DNA of 64,000 nt from Deltaproteobacteria bacterium. GTDB taxonomy: Bacteria; Desulfobacterota; GWC2-55-46. A program made the position numbers and the translations under genes. Below the pieces are notes generated by a model, which was not told the origin of the DNA, searched no databases, and worked only from the letters and a program-made list of their open reading frames with translations. This document shows positions 54,275 to 64,000 of the stretch, in pieces. Every line of letters begins with the position of its first letter. Positions within the stretch are counted from its first letter, which is position 1. Where the stretch lies: the NCBI GenBank assembly GCA_016234855.1, contig JACRNO010000023.1, forward strand, positions 24,438 through 88,437, read 5' to 3'.

Positions 54275-55033
54275 CTACAATCTTATGCGCTCGAGTTCCT
54301 TTATGGACGAGTAGTTGGTAAGGTCAAGGTGGAGCGGCGTAATAGAGATATACCCTTTACTCACGGCATAAAAGTCCGTATCCTCCCCGCCCTCCCACCT
54401 GAGCATGTCCCCTCCAATCCAGTAATACTTTCTGCCGCGCGGGTCGAGCTTTTCGACGATGTTATTCTCGCTGAAAAATCTCTTGCCCTGGCTGGTAATC
54501 CTGTGTCCCTTTATCTTATTGACCGCGGGACAGTTGACGTTAAGGAGCGTATCCTTGGGCAGTCCTCCTCTGAGTATATGGCGGGCAAGCTTTACGGCGA
54601 ATGCCGCAGAGGCGCGAAAGTCGTAATTATCGCGGCCTGCAAGCGAGACGGCGAACGACGGTATCCCCATTAACATGGCCTCCATTGCAACCGATACCGT
54701 GCCGGAGTAGGTTACGTCCTCGCCGAGGTTCGACCCCTTGTTGATGCCGGAGACGACGATATCGGGGCGGACCGGCAGTATGCCATTTACGGCGATGGAG
54801 ACGCAGTCGGCAGGGGTGCCGTCGACGGCGTAGGTGCGCCGGCCGAGGTCTTCGATGCGCAGCGGCCGGTGGAGCGTGAGCGAGTGGCCTGCCGCGCTCC
54901 TCTCCCTGTCCGGGGCGACGACGTAGACCGTGCCCAGCCTTCGCATGGCCGCGGCAAGGCTCTTGATGCCTTCGGAGCGGATGCCGTCGTCGTTGGATAT
55001 GAGAATCGTTTTTTTAGCCGGGGCCTTCGTCAT
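54275..55033 (-). CDS. surE: 5'/3'-nucleotidase SurE
   Basis: 252 aa. ILISNDDGIRSEGI N-terminal SurE motif. Confidence 0.85.
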   Translation of the reverse strand: MTKAPAKKTILISNDDGIRSEGIKSLAAAMRRLGTVYVVAPDRERSAAGHSLTLHRPLRIEDLGRRTYAVDGTPADCVSIAVNGILPVRPDIVVSGINKGSNLGEDVTYSGTVSVAMEAMLMGIPSFAVSLAGRDNYDFRASAAFAVKLARHILRGGLPKDTLLNVNCPAVNKIKGHRITSQGKRFFSENNIVEKLDPRGRKYYWIGGDMLRWEGGEDTDFYAVSKGYISITPLHLDLTNYSSIKELERIRL

Positions 55034-55171
55034 TACTAAAAATATAAAGGAAAACGGCGAAAATTACAATGATTAAAAGGGCGCGGCTGGAAACTACTTG
55101 ACAGAAATCGGGTTATATATAAAGATAGAGCTATATGGATGTATCAGACAGCCCTTTAAACGGAGCGAGCC

Positions 55172-55378
55172 ATGAACAACGTCTTAATCAATAACGCGGA
55201 ACTTTACGACGGCAAGTATGTCGCCACAAGGTCCTTTATTGACAAGGACGTCGTCTGCTCAGGCGACGACGTAGTACAGGTGTATAACGAGGCGCAAAAG
55301 GCCGGGGTAAAAGACCCTGTGGTCTTTTACATACCCGAAAAAGAGATGATACACATCTATATACTGCAATGCCTGTAA
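55172..55378 (+). CDS. Small DUF5678-like protein (68 aa)
   Basis: LYDGKYVATRSFIDKDVVCSGDDVVQVYNEAQKAGVKDPVVFYIPEKE matches the DUF5678 pattern as I recall it. Lies in a lower-GC stretch. Confidence 0.4.
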   Translation: MNNVLINNAELYDGKYVATRSFIDKDVVCSGDDVVQVYNEAQKAGVKDPVVFYIPEKEMIHIYILQCL

Positions 55379-55788
55379 GAGATTGCCCTTTCAGCCATTT
55401 CGGAAACGGCATCTACCGTCCGGTTCTGGGACTTATAATAACAAACCCCCATACAGGCAAAAGGTATAAAACCTTTGGAATCGTCGATACCGGCGCGGAT
55501 GAATGCGCTGTGCCAGCGGAATTAGCCGCATTATTAGGGCACAATCTACAGGCGGGAAAAACAAAGAACGTAACTACAGGCAATGGCGTCACCGTAGCCT
55601 ACTCCCATACGACAAAGCTTGAACTCTTCCAACCGGTAACAAATCAACTGCTTCACACGGTGGCGGACACCCCCATAGATTTTCTCCCGAATCTGCGCGT
55701 CGTTCTTCTTGGCGTTAACAACTTTCTCAGCAGGTTCATCCTGCATGTTGATTACCCTGAAAAGACCTTTTCAATCTCCACGCCATAA
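55369..55788 (+). CDS. Retropepsin-like (clan AA) aspartic protease
   Basis: 139 aa. FGIVDTGADECAVP carries the DTG catalytic triad of retroviral-type aspartyl proteases. Overlaps the upstream small ORF by 10 nt. Lower GC. Confidence 0.55.
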   Translation: MPVRDCPFSHFGNGIYRPVLGLIITNPHTGKRYKTFGIVDTGADECAVPAELAALLGHNLQAGKTKNVTTGNGVTVAYSHTTKLELFQPVTNQLLHTVADTPIDFLPNLRVVLLGVNNFLSRFILHVDYPEKTFSISTP

Positions 55789-55963
55789 CCCGTCGAGTCT
55801 CAATAACCGCCTTGTAATGACAGTTGCATTGCGGCGGATGCCCGTGGCCGATAGAATCCCATTTCAAACATTTCTCCCTTGACTCCGCCCCCATCCGGCG
55901 TAATAATCTTAAAAACGGCCAATGCGCATCAGCGCGAAGCATCACACCCTTTTGAGGTCTTGA

Positions 55964-57883
55964 ATGCTCACGAAAAACGTCATCACCGCGGGAAGCACGC
56001 TTACCGACCACGACATATACTTCTTCAAAGAGGGCAGCCACACCAAGCTCTACGCTAAGCTCGGCTCAAGACCGGCAATGGTGGACGGCGTGGCCGGGAC
56101 TCAATTTGCGCTCTGGGCGCCCAATGCCGAGGCCGTCTCGGTCATAGGCGACTTCAACTCGTGGGATAGAAACTCCCATCGTCTTATCGTGCGCAGCGAC
56201 TGGTCGGGTGTATGGGAGGGCTTTATTCCCGGCATAGGACACGGGACCGTCTATAAGTACCATATATCGTCAAGGCACAACGGCTACAAGGTCGAAAAGG
56301 GCGACCCGTTTGCATTCCACTGGGAGGCACCGCCCAAGACCGCCTCCGTTGTATGGGACATCGCCTACGAATGGCATGACCGCGAATGGATGGAGAAGCG
56401 GTTTTACAGGAACTCGCTCAAGGGCCCCATATCCATCTACGAGGTGCATCTTGGCTCATGGATGCGGGTGCCGGAAGAGGGCAACAGGTTCCTCACCTAC
56501 CGCGAGCTTGCGCACAAGCTCGCCGATTACGTCAAGGATATGGGGTTTACACACATAGAACTCCTGCCCGTGACCGAGCACCCGTTTTACGGCTCCTGGG
56601 GCTATCAGACGACCGGCTACTTCGCGCCGACCTCGCGCTACGGCACGCCGCAGGACTTCATGTATTTTATCGACCACCTTCATCAAAACGGCATAGGGAT
56701 AATCCTCGACTGGGTGCCGTCGCACTTTCCGTCCGACGAGCACGGCCTCAGTTACTTCGACGGGACGCATCTGTTCGAGCACGCCGATCCGCGCAAGGGT
56801 TATCACCCGGATTGGAAGAGCTACATATTCAACTACGGCAGGAACGAGGTGCGCGCCTTTCTTATCTCAAGCGCCCTTTTCTGGCTCGACAAGTATCACA
56901 TCGACGGCATACGCGTCGACGCGGTGGCCTCCATGCTCTACCTCGATTATTCGCGCAACGAGGGCGAATGGATACCTAACGAGTTCGGCGGCAGGGAAAA
57001 TATCGACGCGATACGCCTGCTCCAGAGGCTCAACGAGGCGATATACAAGGAATTCCCGGACGTACAGACCTATGCGGAAGAATCCACGGCATGGCCCATG
57101 GTCTCCAAACCTACGTACGTCGGCGGGCTCGGCTTCGGCATGAAGTGGAACATGGGCTGGATGCACGATACGCTTAAGTACGCCTGCGTCGACCCGCTCT
57201 ACCGCCGCTACCACCACGACCAGCTGACCTTCAGCCTCTGGTACGCCTTCACCGAGAACTTCGTCCTGCCCTTCTCGCACGACGAGGTCACACACGGCAA
57301 GGGCTCCCTCATAGGCAAGATGCCGGGTGACGAGTGGCAGCGGTTCGCCAACCTTCGCCTCTTCTACGGGTATATGTTCGGCCATCCTGGCAAGAAGCTC
57401 CTCTTCATGGGCGACGAGTTCGGCCAGGTCAGGGAATGGTCGCACGAGGATTCGCTCGAATGGCACGTCCTGCAGTTCAGCCTTCACAACGGCATGCGGC
57501 ATTGGGTCAAAGACCTGAACAACCTCTACAGGGACGAACCCGCGCTCTACGAGTTGGACTTCAACGCCTCTGGTTTCGAATGGATAGACTTCTTCGACTG
57601 GGAGAACAGCCTCGTAAGTTTCTTGAGACGCGGCTCGACCACTGCCGATGCGATACTGGTGGTCTGCAACTTCACGCCCCAATGCCATCAGGGCTACCGC
57701 GTCGGCGTGCCGGAAGGCGGCTGGTGGCGCGAGCTTCTGAACAGCGACGGCGGCGAGTACGGCGGCAGCGGCGTTGGCAACGGCGGCGGCGTCAACGCCG
57801 AACACGCGGCCTCGCACGACCGGCCTTACTCGCTCGTAATGACCGTGCCGCCCCTTGCGACGATGATATTCAAGAAGTCCTGA
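55964..57883 (+). CDS. glgB: 1,4-alpha-glucan branching enzyme
   Basis: 639 aa. N-terminal CBM48 and GH13 catalytic motifs ([27 protein letters not shown]). Confidence 0.9.
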   Translation: MLTKNVITAGSTLTDHDIYFFKEGSHTKLYAKLGSRPAMVDGVAGTQFALWAPNAEAVSVIGDFNSWDRNSHRLIVRSDWSGVWEGFIPGIGHGTVYKYHISSRHNGYKVEKGDPFAFHWEAPPKTASVVWDIAYEWHDREWMEKRFYRNSLKGPISIYEVHLGSWMRVPEEGNRFLTYRELAHKLADYVKDMGFTHIELLPVTEHPFYGSWGYQTTGYFAPTSRYGTPQDFMYFIDHLHQNGIGIILDWVPSHFPSDEHGLSYFDGTHLFEHADPRKGYHPDWKSYIFNYGRNEVRAFLISSALFWLDKYHIDGIRVDAVASMLYLDYSRNEGEWIPNEFGGRENIDAIRLLQRLNEAIYKEFPDVQTYAEESTAWPMVSKPTYVGGLGFGMKWNMGWMHDTLKYACVDPLYRRYHHDQLTFSLWYAFTENFVLPFSHDEVTHGKGSLIGKMPGDEWQRFANLRLFYGYMFGHPGKKLLFMGDEFGQVREWSHEDSLEWHVLQFSLHNGMRHWVKDLNNLYRDEPALYELDFNASGFEWIDFFDWENSLVSFLRRGSTTADAILVVCNFTPQCHQGYRVGVPEGGWWRELLNSDGGEYGGSGVGNGGGVNAEHAASHDRPYSLVMTVPPLATMIFKKS

Positions 57884-57960
57884 TACCGCTCCGGGCATGG
57901 CAACTCACCGTCCCTTTTACGGGAAGGGGCCGCAAAAACAAACCGACGGAGGTGAACCGC

Positions 57961-58116
57961 ATGATCAGATGGGAGAGCATAAAATCAGACCGGATGATAG
58001 TCGTCTACCGCACGAAGGTGCCCGGCGGCTGGCTCATCCTCGTTAAGGAGAAAGAGGAGGCAAGCATCACCTTCTACCCGGACCCGACCCACGCCTGGGA
58101 CGGAAACAGCATCTGA
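57961..58116 (+). CDS. Candidate small protein (51 aa)
   Basis: ATG preceded by a strong RBS GGAGGTGA 5 nt upstream. MIRWESIKSDRMIVVYRTKVPGGWLILVKEKEEASITFYPDPTHAWDGNSI has non-antisense-like composition. Confidence 0.3.
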   Translation: MIRWESIKSDRMIVVYRTKVPGGWLILVKEKEEASITFYPDPTHAWDGNSI

Positions 58117-58171
58117 CAGGCCTCTGGTCGGTTCAATACATTTCGCATGCATGGCCGATGCCTATGGTCTT

Positions 58172-59500
58172 TCAGGCCTCTTCGACCCTGTTCCTGCCGT
58201 TTTCCTTTGCTTTGTAAAGGGCGGCATCCGCTTTTTCTATAAGACCCTTTGGGTCAGCCGCATCATCAGGGAACGCCGCGATACCGAGGCTTATGGTAAG
58301 GCTGCCTCCCGGTTGCGTATCCTTGCGGGAAATTGCCTGCGCCTGCAGGCACCGCCTGATCCTCTCCGCCACATCCACCGCCACTTTTTTCCCGGTTTCA
58401 GGCAGTATGACCGAGAACTCCTCGCCGCCGTATCTCGCCACCATGTCCTGCTCCCTTACGTTTCTTCTGATACAGGATACGACCCCTTTCAGTACACTGT
58501 CCCCTGCTACGTGTCCGTGGGCGTCGTTATAGTCCTTGAAGTAGTCTATGTCGGACATGATAATGGAAAGGGGATGGCAGTAGCGTTCCGCCCTCTTTAT
58601 CTCTTCCGTGAGCTTCCCGTAAAAATACCTGTGGTTGAATGCGCCGGTCAGCCCATCCGTTATTGAAAGCTCTTGCAACTTGACGTTCACGTCGTTCAAC
58701 TCACTTGTCCTTTCCTCGACCTTCTTCTCCAGACCGGCGTAGGACTCCTTGAGCTTTGCGGTCATCTTGTTGAATTCGTTGGCAAGGACGTTTATCTCTA
58801 TGCCGTCCTTGATGTCTATCCTGTAGTCGAGGTTGCCTTCCCCTATGATAAAAGCCCCCTCTCTGAATTCAAGGATAGGCCTGAGTATGGACCTTGAAAG
58901 ATAGGAGATAAGAGCAACCACGGTGATCAAGCTCAGGATGCCCCCTATGGAAAGGAGGACGTCCGCCTTTTTTCGGGCGGTGCCGGCATAAGTCGTCCTT
59001 GCCTTTACCTCATGATTTATGACCTCAAGGCTTTTACTCAGGTCGTTTGTTATTATCTCCGAGGCAATGGCGTCCAATTTCTCCATCAGGATAGCGCCTT
59101 TTTTGTTGCCTACCGGATTTTTAATCGTGAATATCTCCCCTGCCTTCGCCTTCAATAAATTGAACCTTTCCTGCGCCATCTTGTCAGAGTTGATATGTCC
59201 ATTGCCGGCCTGACCCACCAACACCTTGAAATCTTTTTCCAAGAGACCGGATATCTCCTGGAACCGCTCCTTCTCCCTTAAGTCGCCCGTTATAAGATAA
59301 TCATTGGGAGGCATTACCACCCGGTCGATATTCAGTTGTATATTGGCTATCGCGCCAAGCTCATATGTCTTATCCTCAACCTCCAGCATGCCGTCAAAGA
59401 GGATGTTCCTGTTGTAGTAGGCAATAAAACCGAGGATGGAAAGAAGGCTCAGGATGATGGAGAAGCTCGTAATTATCTTTGTCCTTATATGTACGGCCAT
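58172..59500 (-). CDS. Membrane-anchored diguanylate cyclase (periplasmic sensor region, HAMP, GGDEF with intact GGEEF)
   Basis: 442 aa. Two TM segments, HAMP, and the GGDEF domain reading ...DGLTGAFNHRYF...RYGGEEFSVIL.... Confidence 0.85.
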   Translation of the reverse strand: MAVHIRTKIITSFSIILSLLSILGFIAYYNRNILFDGMLEVEDKTYELGAIANIQLNIDRVVMPPNDYLITGDLREKERFQEISGLLEKDFKVLVGQAGNGHINSDKMAQERFNLLKAKAGEIFTIKNPVGNKKGAILMEKLDAIASEIITNDLSKSLEVINHEVKARTTYAGTARKKADVLLSIGGILSLITVVALISYLSRSILRPILEFREGAFIIGEGNLDYRIDIKDGIEINVLANEFNKMTAKLKESYAGLEKKVEERTSELNDVNVKLQELSITDGLTGAFNHRYFYGKLTEEIKRAERYCHPLSIIMSDIDYFKDYNDAHGHVAGDSVLKGVVSCIRRNVREQDMVARYGGEEFSVILPETGKKVAVDVAERIRRCLQAQAISRKDTQPGGSLTISLGIAAFPDDAADPKGLIEKADAALYKAKENGRNRVEEA

Positions 59501-59904
59501 GGTTTCCTTCCTAAGGTGGCAGGTTTGAAATCCTAAAAATATTTCAGAGGATACGTCTTCTTGATGTGATATGGGATTGCGGAAAAACGACTGAATCTCG
59601 CGGTGGAGGATGGATGGCTCGTTGATACAACCGGATGACCGCCGGCAGGCATGGACGTTCCCCTGTTTCCAGCAACGCCTCTCCGTTGAAGCGCTTTGCG
59701 GACTGGCGCACCCTTCAGTTAATCATAGCACGCTTTGAAAAAATATCCAGCGCCACAGAGACTGACAATAGTCATACCATGCGGCATTTGCGCATGGTAA
59801 AACGAATCATCATGACGGGATTGGATGCAAGAACTGCGCGCGCGTAAAATCCACGTCGGATATAAAGACGCCGGTCAAACCGGCAAAACAAGAAGGAGGA
59901 GTAA

Positions 59905-60321
59905 ATGACAAAGGCTTCGGCACGCAATATGTTCATAGGTTCGACGATAGTCGTCTCGGCGATCCTGCTGGTCCTTACCATCAAGTCACATCAATCCTAT
60001 CCTGTAAGGACACATCCGGAAAACATCACCGCGCAGGTCGAATGGGGCAAGAAGGTATGGGAAAAGCATGCCTGCATCGACTGTCACACGCTCTTCGGCG
60101 AGGGCGCGTACTACGCCCCTGAGCTCGGCAACGTCATCACAAGGCGCGGCGAGGATTACGTGCGCACCGTGCTTGAGACGGACGCGATACAGGGATGGGG
60201 CACCACAAGGAAGATGCCCAAGTTCGACCTTTCCAAGCAGGACATAGATTCGCTCATCGAGTTCTTCAAGTGGATGAACAATGTCGACACAAACAACTGG
60301 CCGCCGAACAAGGAAGGCTAA
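59905..60321 (+). CDS. norC: Nitric oxide reductase cytochrome c subunit
   Basis: 138 aa, N-terminal TM anchor, single CIDCH haem c site, followed by norB. Confidence 0.8.
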   Translation: MTKASARNMFIGSTIVVSAILLVLTIKSHQSYPVRTHPENITAQVEWGKKVWEKHACIDCHTLFGEGAYYAPELGNVITRRGEDYVRTVLETDAIQGWGTTRKMPKFDLSKQDIDSLIEFFKWMNNVDTNNWPPNKEG

Positions 60322-60381
60322 CGCAAACCCTTAATGCGGCCTTCGCACCAAAAAAAAGCAATACTCAAGGAAAGGAGAGAT

Positions 60382-61719
60382 ATGAATTACAAGTATGAAT
60401 CACAGCGCGTCGCGTATCCGTTCTTTATCGCCGCGATGCTGCTCTTTGCCGGTCAAATCATCTTCGGGCTTATAATAGGCGCGCAGTACATCTGGCCTGA
60501 CCTGCTCTTCCCGGCCATCCCGTTCAACATAGCGCGCATGATACACATCAACCTGCTCGTCGTCTGGCTTATCTTCGGTTTCATGGGCTCGGCTTATTAC
60601 CTGCTGCCGGAGGAATGCGAGGGCGAGATATACAGCGTCAAACTTGCGCTCCTGCAATTCTGGCTCTTTCTTATCGGCGGCGCAACGGCCATAGTCGGCT
60701 ATCTCTTCAGATGGCATGACGGCAGGGAGTTCCTCGAACAGCCCACGCTCATCAAGGTCGCAATCGTCATCGTCGTATTGATGTTCATCTTCAACATGAT
60801 AATGACCTTAATCAAAGGCAGGAAGTGGACGAGCATCTCAACCGTGCTGCTCATAGGATTCCTCGGGCTCGCCGTCTTCTATCTCTTCGCGTTCTTCAAA
60901 CCCGCGAATATGGTCGTTGACAAGTATTACTGGTGGTTCGTCGTGCATCTGTGGGTCGAAGGCGTGTGGGAGCTTATCATGGCCGCCCTGCTCTCGTTCC
61001 TGCTTCTCAAGCTCACCGGCATAGACCGTGAAGTGGCCGAGAAGTGGCTCTACGTCATCGTAGGCCTTACGTTCCTGACCGGCATAATCGGCACGGGACA
61101 TCACTACTACTGGATAGGCACTCCGGCATTCTGGCAGACATGGGGCGCGTACTTCTCGGCATTCGAGATGCTCCCGTTCGCCGCAATGGTGGCCTTCTCA
61201 TTCAAGATGGTCAGCAAGAGGACGCGCAGTCATCCCAATCGCGCGGCCATCCTGTGGACCGTGGGCGCGTCGGTGCTCTCGTTCATAGGCGCGGGCCTGT
61301 GGGGCTTCATGCACACGCTGCCGCAGATAAACTATTACACCCACGGCACGCAGGTCACCGCAAGCCACGGACACATGGCCTTTTTCGGCGCGTACGCGGT
61401 CATCGTCCTTGCCATGGCCTCCTACGCCGTGCCTAACCTGAGAAAGCTCAGGCCGACGCATCAGAAGGCCGAGATACTCGCATTCTGGACGATGTGCGTG
61501 TCCATGATGTTCATCACGCTCTCGCTTACCGGCGCGGGCATAGTGCAGGTCTATCTGCAGCGCGTCCTCGGTATGCCTTACATGGAGACGCAGAGCCACA
61601 TGGTGCTCTTCTACGGCCTGAGGCTCATCTTCGGCGCTACGTTCGCCATAGGCCTCGGCATCTATCTCTATGACTTCTTCTTCCCGTGCAAGGGCGGCGA
61701 ATGCAGGAGCGACGCATAA
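60382..61719 (+). CDS. norB: Nitric oxide reductase subunit B (haem-copper oxidase superfamily)
   Basis: Start MNYKYESQRVAYPFF follows an AGGAGA RBS. 12 TM helices, conserved histidines, glutamate-containing cNOR-type helices. Confidence 0.9.
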   Translation: MNYKYESQRVAYPFFIAAMLLFAGQIIFGLIIGAQYIWPDLLFPAIPFNIARMIHINLLVVWLIFGFMGSAYYLLPEECEGEIYSVKLALLQFWLFLIGGATAIVGYLFRWHDGREFLEQPTLIKVAIVIVVLMFIFNMIMTLIKGRKWTSISTVLLIGFLGLAVFYLFAFFKPANMVVDKYYWWFVVHLWVEGVWELIMAALLSFLLLKLTGIDREVAEKWLYVIVGLTFLTGIIGTGHHYYWIGTPAFWQTWGAYFSAFEMLPFAAMVAFSFKMVSKRTRSHPNRAAILWTVGASVLSFIGAGLWGFMHTLPQINYYTHGTQVTASHGHMAFFGAYAVIVLAMASYAVPNLRKLRPTHQKAEILAFWTMCVSMMFITLSLTGAGIVQVYLQRVLGMPYMETQSHMVLFYGLRLIFGATFAIGLGIYLYDFFFPCKGGECRSDA

Positions 61720-61731
61720 GGAGAACGGTCA

Positions 61732-62571
61732 ATGAACGGACAGACCAACAGTCGCGCTCATAACAACGCAGCGCTGCCGATAAGCGGGACGGGAAAAGGT
61801 GTAGAGCCGTATTATCTGCCGGTCGGCAACGAGGTGGAGGTCTTTGAGGCGGCCTACAGGAGCGGCATGGCAGTCCTGCTGAAAGGCCCGACCGGGTGCG
61901 GCAAGACCCGCTTCGTGACTCACATGGCGTGGCGGCTGGGCCTGCCCGTGCATACGGTTTCGTGCCACGACGACCTGACCTCGTCAGACCTCGTCGGCAG
62001 ATTCCTGATAAAGGGGCGCGAGACCGTCTGGGTTGACGGGCCTCTTACGCGGGCGGTCAGAGAGGGCGGAATATGTTATCTCGACGAGGTGGTTGAGGCG
62101 AGAAAGGACACCACCGTCATCATCCACCCGCTCTCAGACGACAGGCGCATACTCGCAATCGAAAAGACGGGTGAAGAGCTGCACGCGCCTGAGAACTTCA
62201 TGCTGGTCATCTCGTATAATCCGGGATACCAGCACATACTCAAAGACCTCAAGCCGAGCACGCGTCAGAGATTCGTTGCGCTTGACTTCGATTACCCGCC
62301 GGAAGAGATGGAGACGGATATCGTGGCAAGCGAGAGCGGGCTTGAGAGAAAGACTGTTGCAAAGCTCGTCTCAGCCAGCCGGAAGATGCGCTCGCTTGCG
62401 GACTCCGGTCTTGACTCGCACCCCGGCACGCGCATGCTCGTGCACGCGGCAACCCTCATGCACAACGGTCTGCCGCTAAAGACCGCGTGCGAGGCCGCCA
62501 TCATCAGGCCGTTGACTGACGACGCGGAGATTCATCGCACGATGATGGATATCATAGAGGCCGTTTTTTAA
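61732..62571 (+). CDS. norQ: NorQ/CbbQ/NirQ AAA+ (MoxR-family) ATPase
   Basis: 279 aa. Walker A GPTGCGKT, Walker B CYLDEV. Confidence 0.85.
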   Translation: MNGQTNSRAHNNAALPISGTGKGVEPYYLPVGNEVEVFEAAYRSGMAVLLKGPTGCGKTRFVTHMAWRLGLPVHTVSCHDDLTSSDLVGRFLIKGRETVWVDGPLTRAVREGGICYLDEVVEARKDTTVIIHPLSDDRRILAIEKTGEELHAPENFMLVISYNPGYQHILKDLKPSTRQRFVALDFDYPPEEMETDIVASESGLERKTVAKLVSASRKMRSLADSGLDSHPGTRMLVHAATLMHNGLPLKTACEAAIIRPLTDDAEIHRTMMDIIEAVF

Positions 62572-62572
62572 G

Positions 62573-64000
62573 ATGGAACATCTCGTTGGAAAAGGCATAG
62601 ACAAGGTCATACAGTACATCTACAGCGCTCGTATGGAAAGATGGGGGGCCGACAAGGCCCCCTATCTTCTTTCAGACCACCTGAGAAGGTTCGGCATACT
62701 GGCCTCGATGGCATCTGGCAAATCCATGCGCGCCGTCTGTATAAAGGGCGACACTGGCCCCAGACCATATCTTCCCATACTCAACAGGATGGCGCACCCC
62801 GCAATACTCAACGACCATGGGTTCGGCTGGAGCGACGGCGAGAGTATATTCTTGCCGATGTCTATGGTAGATATGCCGGATATCGATGGGCAGGAGAGGC
62901 TTACCCGGCTCCTGCTCTTTTTTCTTTCAAGCCAGATACACCATCACACGCTGAAAACCGCCCTTGCAAACCGCGCGTTATTGGAGAGCGACAGGCTCGT
63001 TGCGGACGTCTATTGGATAATCGAAAATATCAGGATTGCCTCTATCATTAAAGTTTCCTATCCCGGGGTCTTTCGCGATTGGGATGAGATTGTCAAATAT
63101 CTCCTTAACAGGCGTCCCGGGCCTCAACATACAAACAAGGCCGAACAACGGATTGAAGAATTTTTAAGAGACTCGCTCAATGCTACCCTGGCCGGAGGTT
63201 CGGCATCATCAAACGGGCCTGAAGAGAGCCTCAAGATGGCGCAGGCAATCAAAGAGCGCTGGCTGAGAGACGGCGTGCCGGTGAGGAAATACCGGGGCAT
63301 GGTCCCGTTTACCCCATGGGGCAAGCTGCTCCCCGGCAGGATAAAGGCCGAGTCGTTCAACAACGACGAGACCACGCCCGTCTCCATGCAAGCGGACAAC
63401 CCCGACTCAAGGTCCACAGACAACGCGGACGACCGTAAGACCAAGGCCGAGACTCGCAACAGATATGCCGCCACAAAGACGACGGTTAACGAAGAGGAGA
63501 ACGGCCAGGGGCTTACGCTCAACATCTACGACAAGCTCCTGTCGTGGGCCGACTTTGTAAACGTCACCAGGCCGTTTGACGACGACCCTGAGGACGACGC
63601 AGGCAAGAAGGCGGACAACATGGAGGAACTGACAACGGCCGAGGTCAACAAGACCACGACCTCGTTCTTTGACGCGGATATCGAAAAGGCCGACGATTAT
63701 TCCATTGCGTCTGCAAGGGAGCTCGACACAAAAAAGGTTTTTACATACCATGAATGGGATTACCGCAAGCAGGCCTACAGGCCGGGCGCGTCAAGGCTTG
63801 GCGAGTTCATAGCGGCAAGCGAGAGCATTGGCGCGGTAGATGCGATTTTAAGGGATAGAAGGGCCGTAATAAAAGAAGTGACGCGCAAGTTCGAGGCGAT
63901 AACCCCTGCCGCAACGCTCAAGAGCAGACAGTTGGATGGAGAGTTCATAGACCTTAACGCGGCTGTCGAGGCGTTCTCGGATTTCGAAGCGGGAAAGACG
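62573..64000 (+). CDS. norD: NorD (von Willebrand factor A domain protein); 3' end beyond the window
   Basis: Manual translation from ATG at 62573 gives MEHLVGKGIDKVIQYIYSARMERWGADKAPYLLSDHLRRFG.... Open through position 64000 in that frame; missed by the ORF track because there is no stop. Confidence 0.7.
   Translation, partial: MEHLVGKGIDKVIQYIYSARMERWGADKAPYLLSDHLRRFGILASMASGKSMRAVCIKGDTGPRPYLPILNRMAHPAILNDHGFGWSDGESIFLPMSMVDMPDIDGQERLTRLLLFFLSSQIHHHTLKTALANRALLESDRLVADVYWIIENIRIASIIKVSYPGVFRDWDEIVKYLLNRRPGPQHTNKAEQRIEEFLRDSLNATLAGGSASSNGPEESLKMAQAIKERWLRDGVPVRKYRGMVPFTPWGKLLPGRIKAESFNNDETTPVSMQADNPDSRSTDNADDRKTKAETRNRYAATKTTVNEEENGQGLTLNIYDKLLSWADFVNVTRPFDDDPEDDAGKKADNMEELTTAEVNKTTTSFFDADIEKADDYSIASARELDTKKVFTYHEWDYRKQAYRPGASRLGEFIAASESIGAVDAILRDRRAVIKEVTRKFEAITPAATLKSRQLDGEFIDLNAAVEAFSDFEAGKT

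Noticed and set aside
56867-57898. 343-aa minus ORF, and 57334-58116 plus ORF, overlapping glgB.
   Set aside because: Shadow ORFs of glgB. Only the last 51 codons of the plus ORF (57961-58116, with its own RBS) were retained as a candidate.
57884-58171. Weak hairpins after glgB and after the GGDEF gene as terminators.
   Set aside because: Stems are short (5-6 bp) with no convincing U-tract. Not reported as features.
59700-59730. tggcgcacccttcagtt as a possible sigma-54 promoter (-24 GG / -12 GC) upstream of norC.
   Set aside because: It lacks the conserved TTGC(A/T) -12 element.

Overview
This is a 64-kb window of a high-GC bacterial chromosome, and almost all of its coding capacity is core metabolism and housekeeping. 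Identifiable genes include glnD (found by hand on the minus strand and missed by the ORF track because its 3' end runs off the window), an AmiC-like amidase, mutS, a 745-aa GH57 glycoside hydrolase, miaB, a reductive-TCA block (aclB-aclA with an unusually long 903-aa alpha subunit, next to monomeric icd), apbE, a TgpA-like transglutaminase, an MCP, a DUF1998 helicase with rnhB and yraN, polA, zur-znuC-znuB, a GNAT/ADP-forming acetyl-CoA synthetase fusion, rlmI, vapBC, apt, the surE-pcm-nlpD-rpoS cluster, glgB, a GGDEF cyclase, and a norC-norB-norQ-norD nitric oxide reductase operon whose norD runs off the 3' end. The gene content suggests an autotrophic, denitrifying anaerobe or microaerophile, possibly Nitrospirae- or Deltaproteobacteria-like; that is inference only. 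The unexplained signal sits mostly in the intergenic DNA. Intergenic regions hold at least five families of short, highly structured palindromic repeat elements, recurring at different loci. One 76-nt family flanks a response-regulator(DUF4388)/degenerate-GGDEF two-gene module as direct repeats, and one locus looks like a hairpin repeat split by a roughly 230-bp composite insertion. There are also two small low-GC islets: a two-gene secreted-protein pair at 43.7-44.9 kb, and a DUF5678-like/retropepsin-like pair at 55.2-55.8 kb. No rRNA, tRNA, CRISPR array, transposase or integrase was seen. All repeat coordinates were read by eye and should be recomputed.
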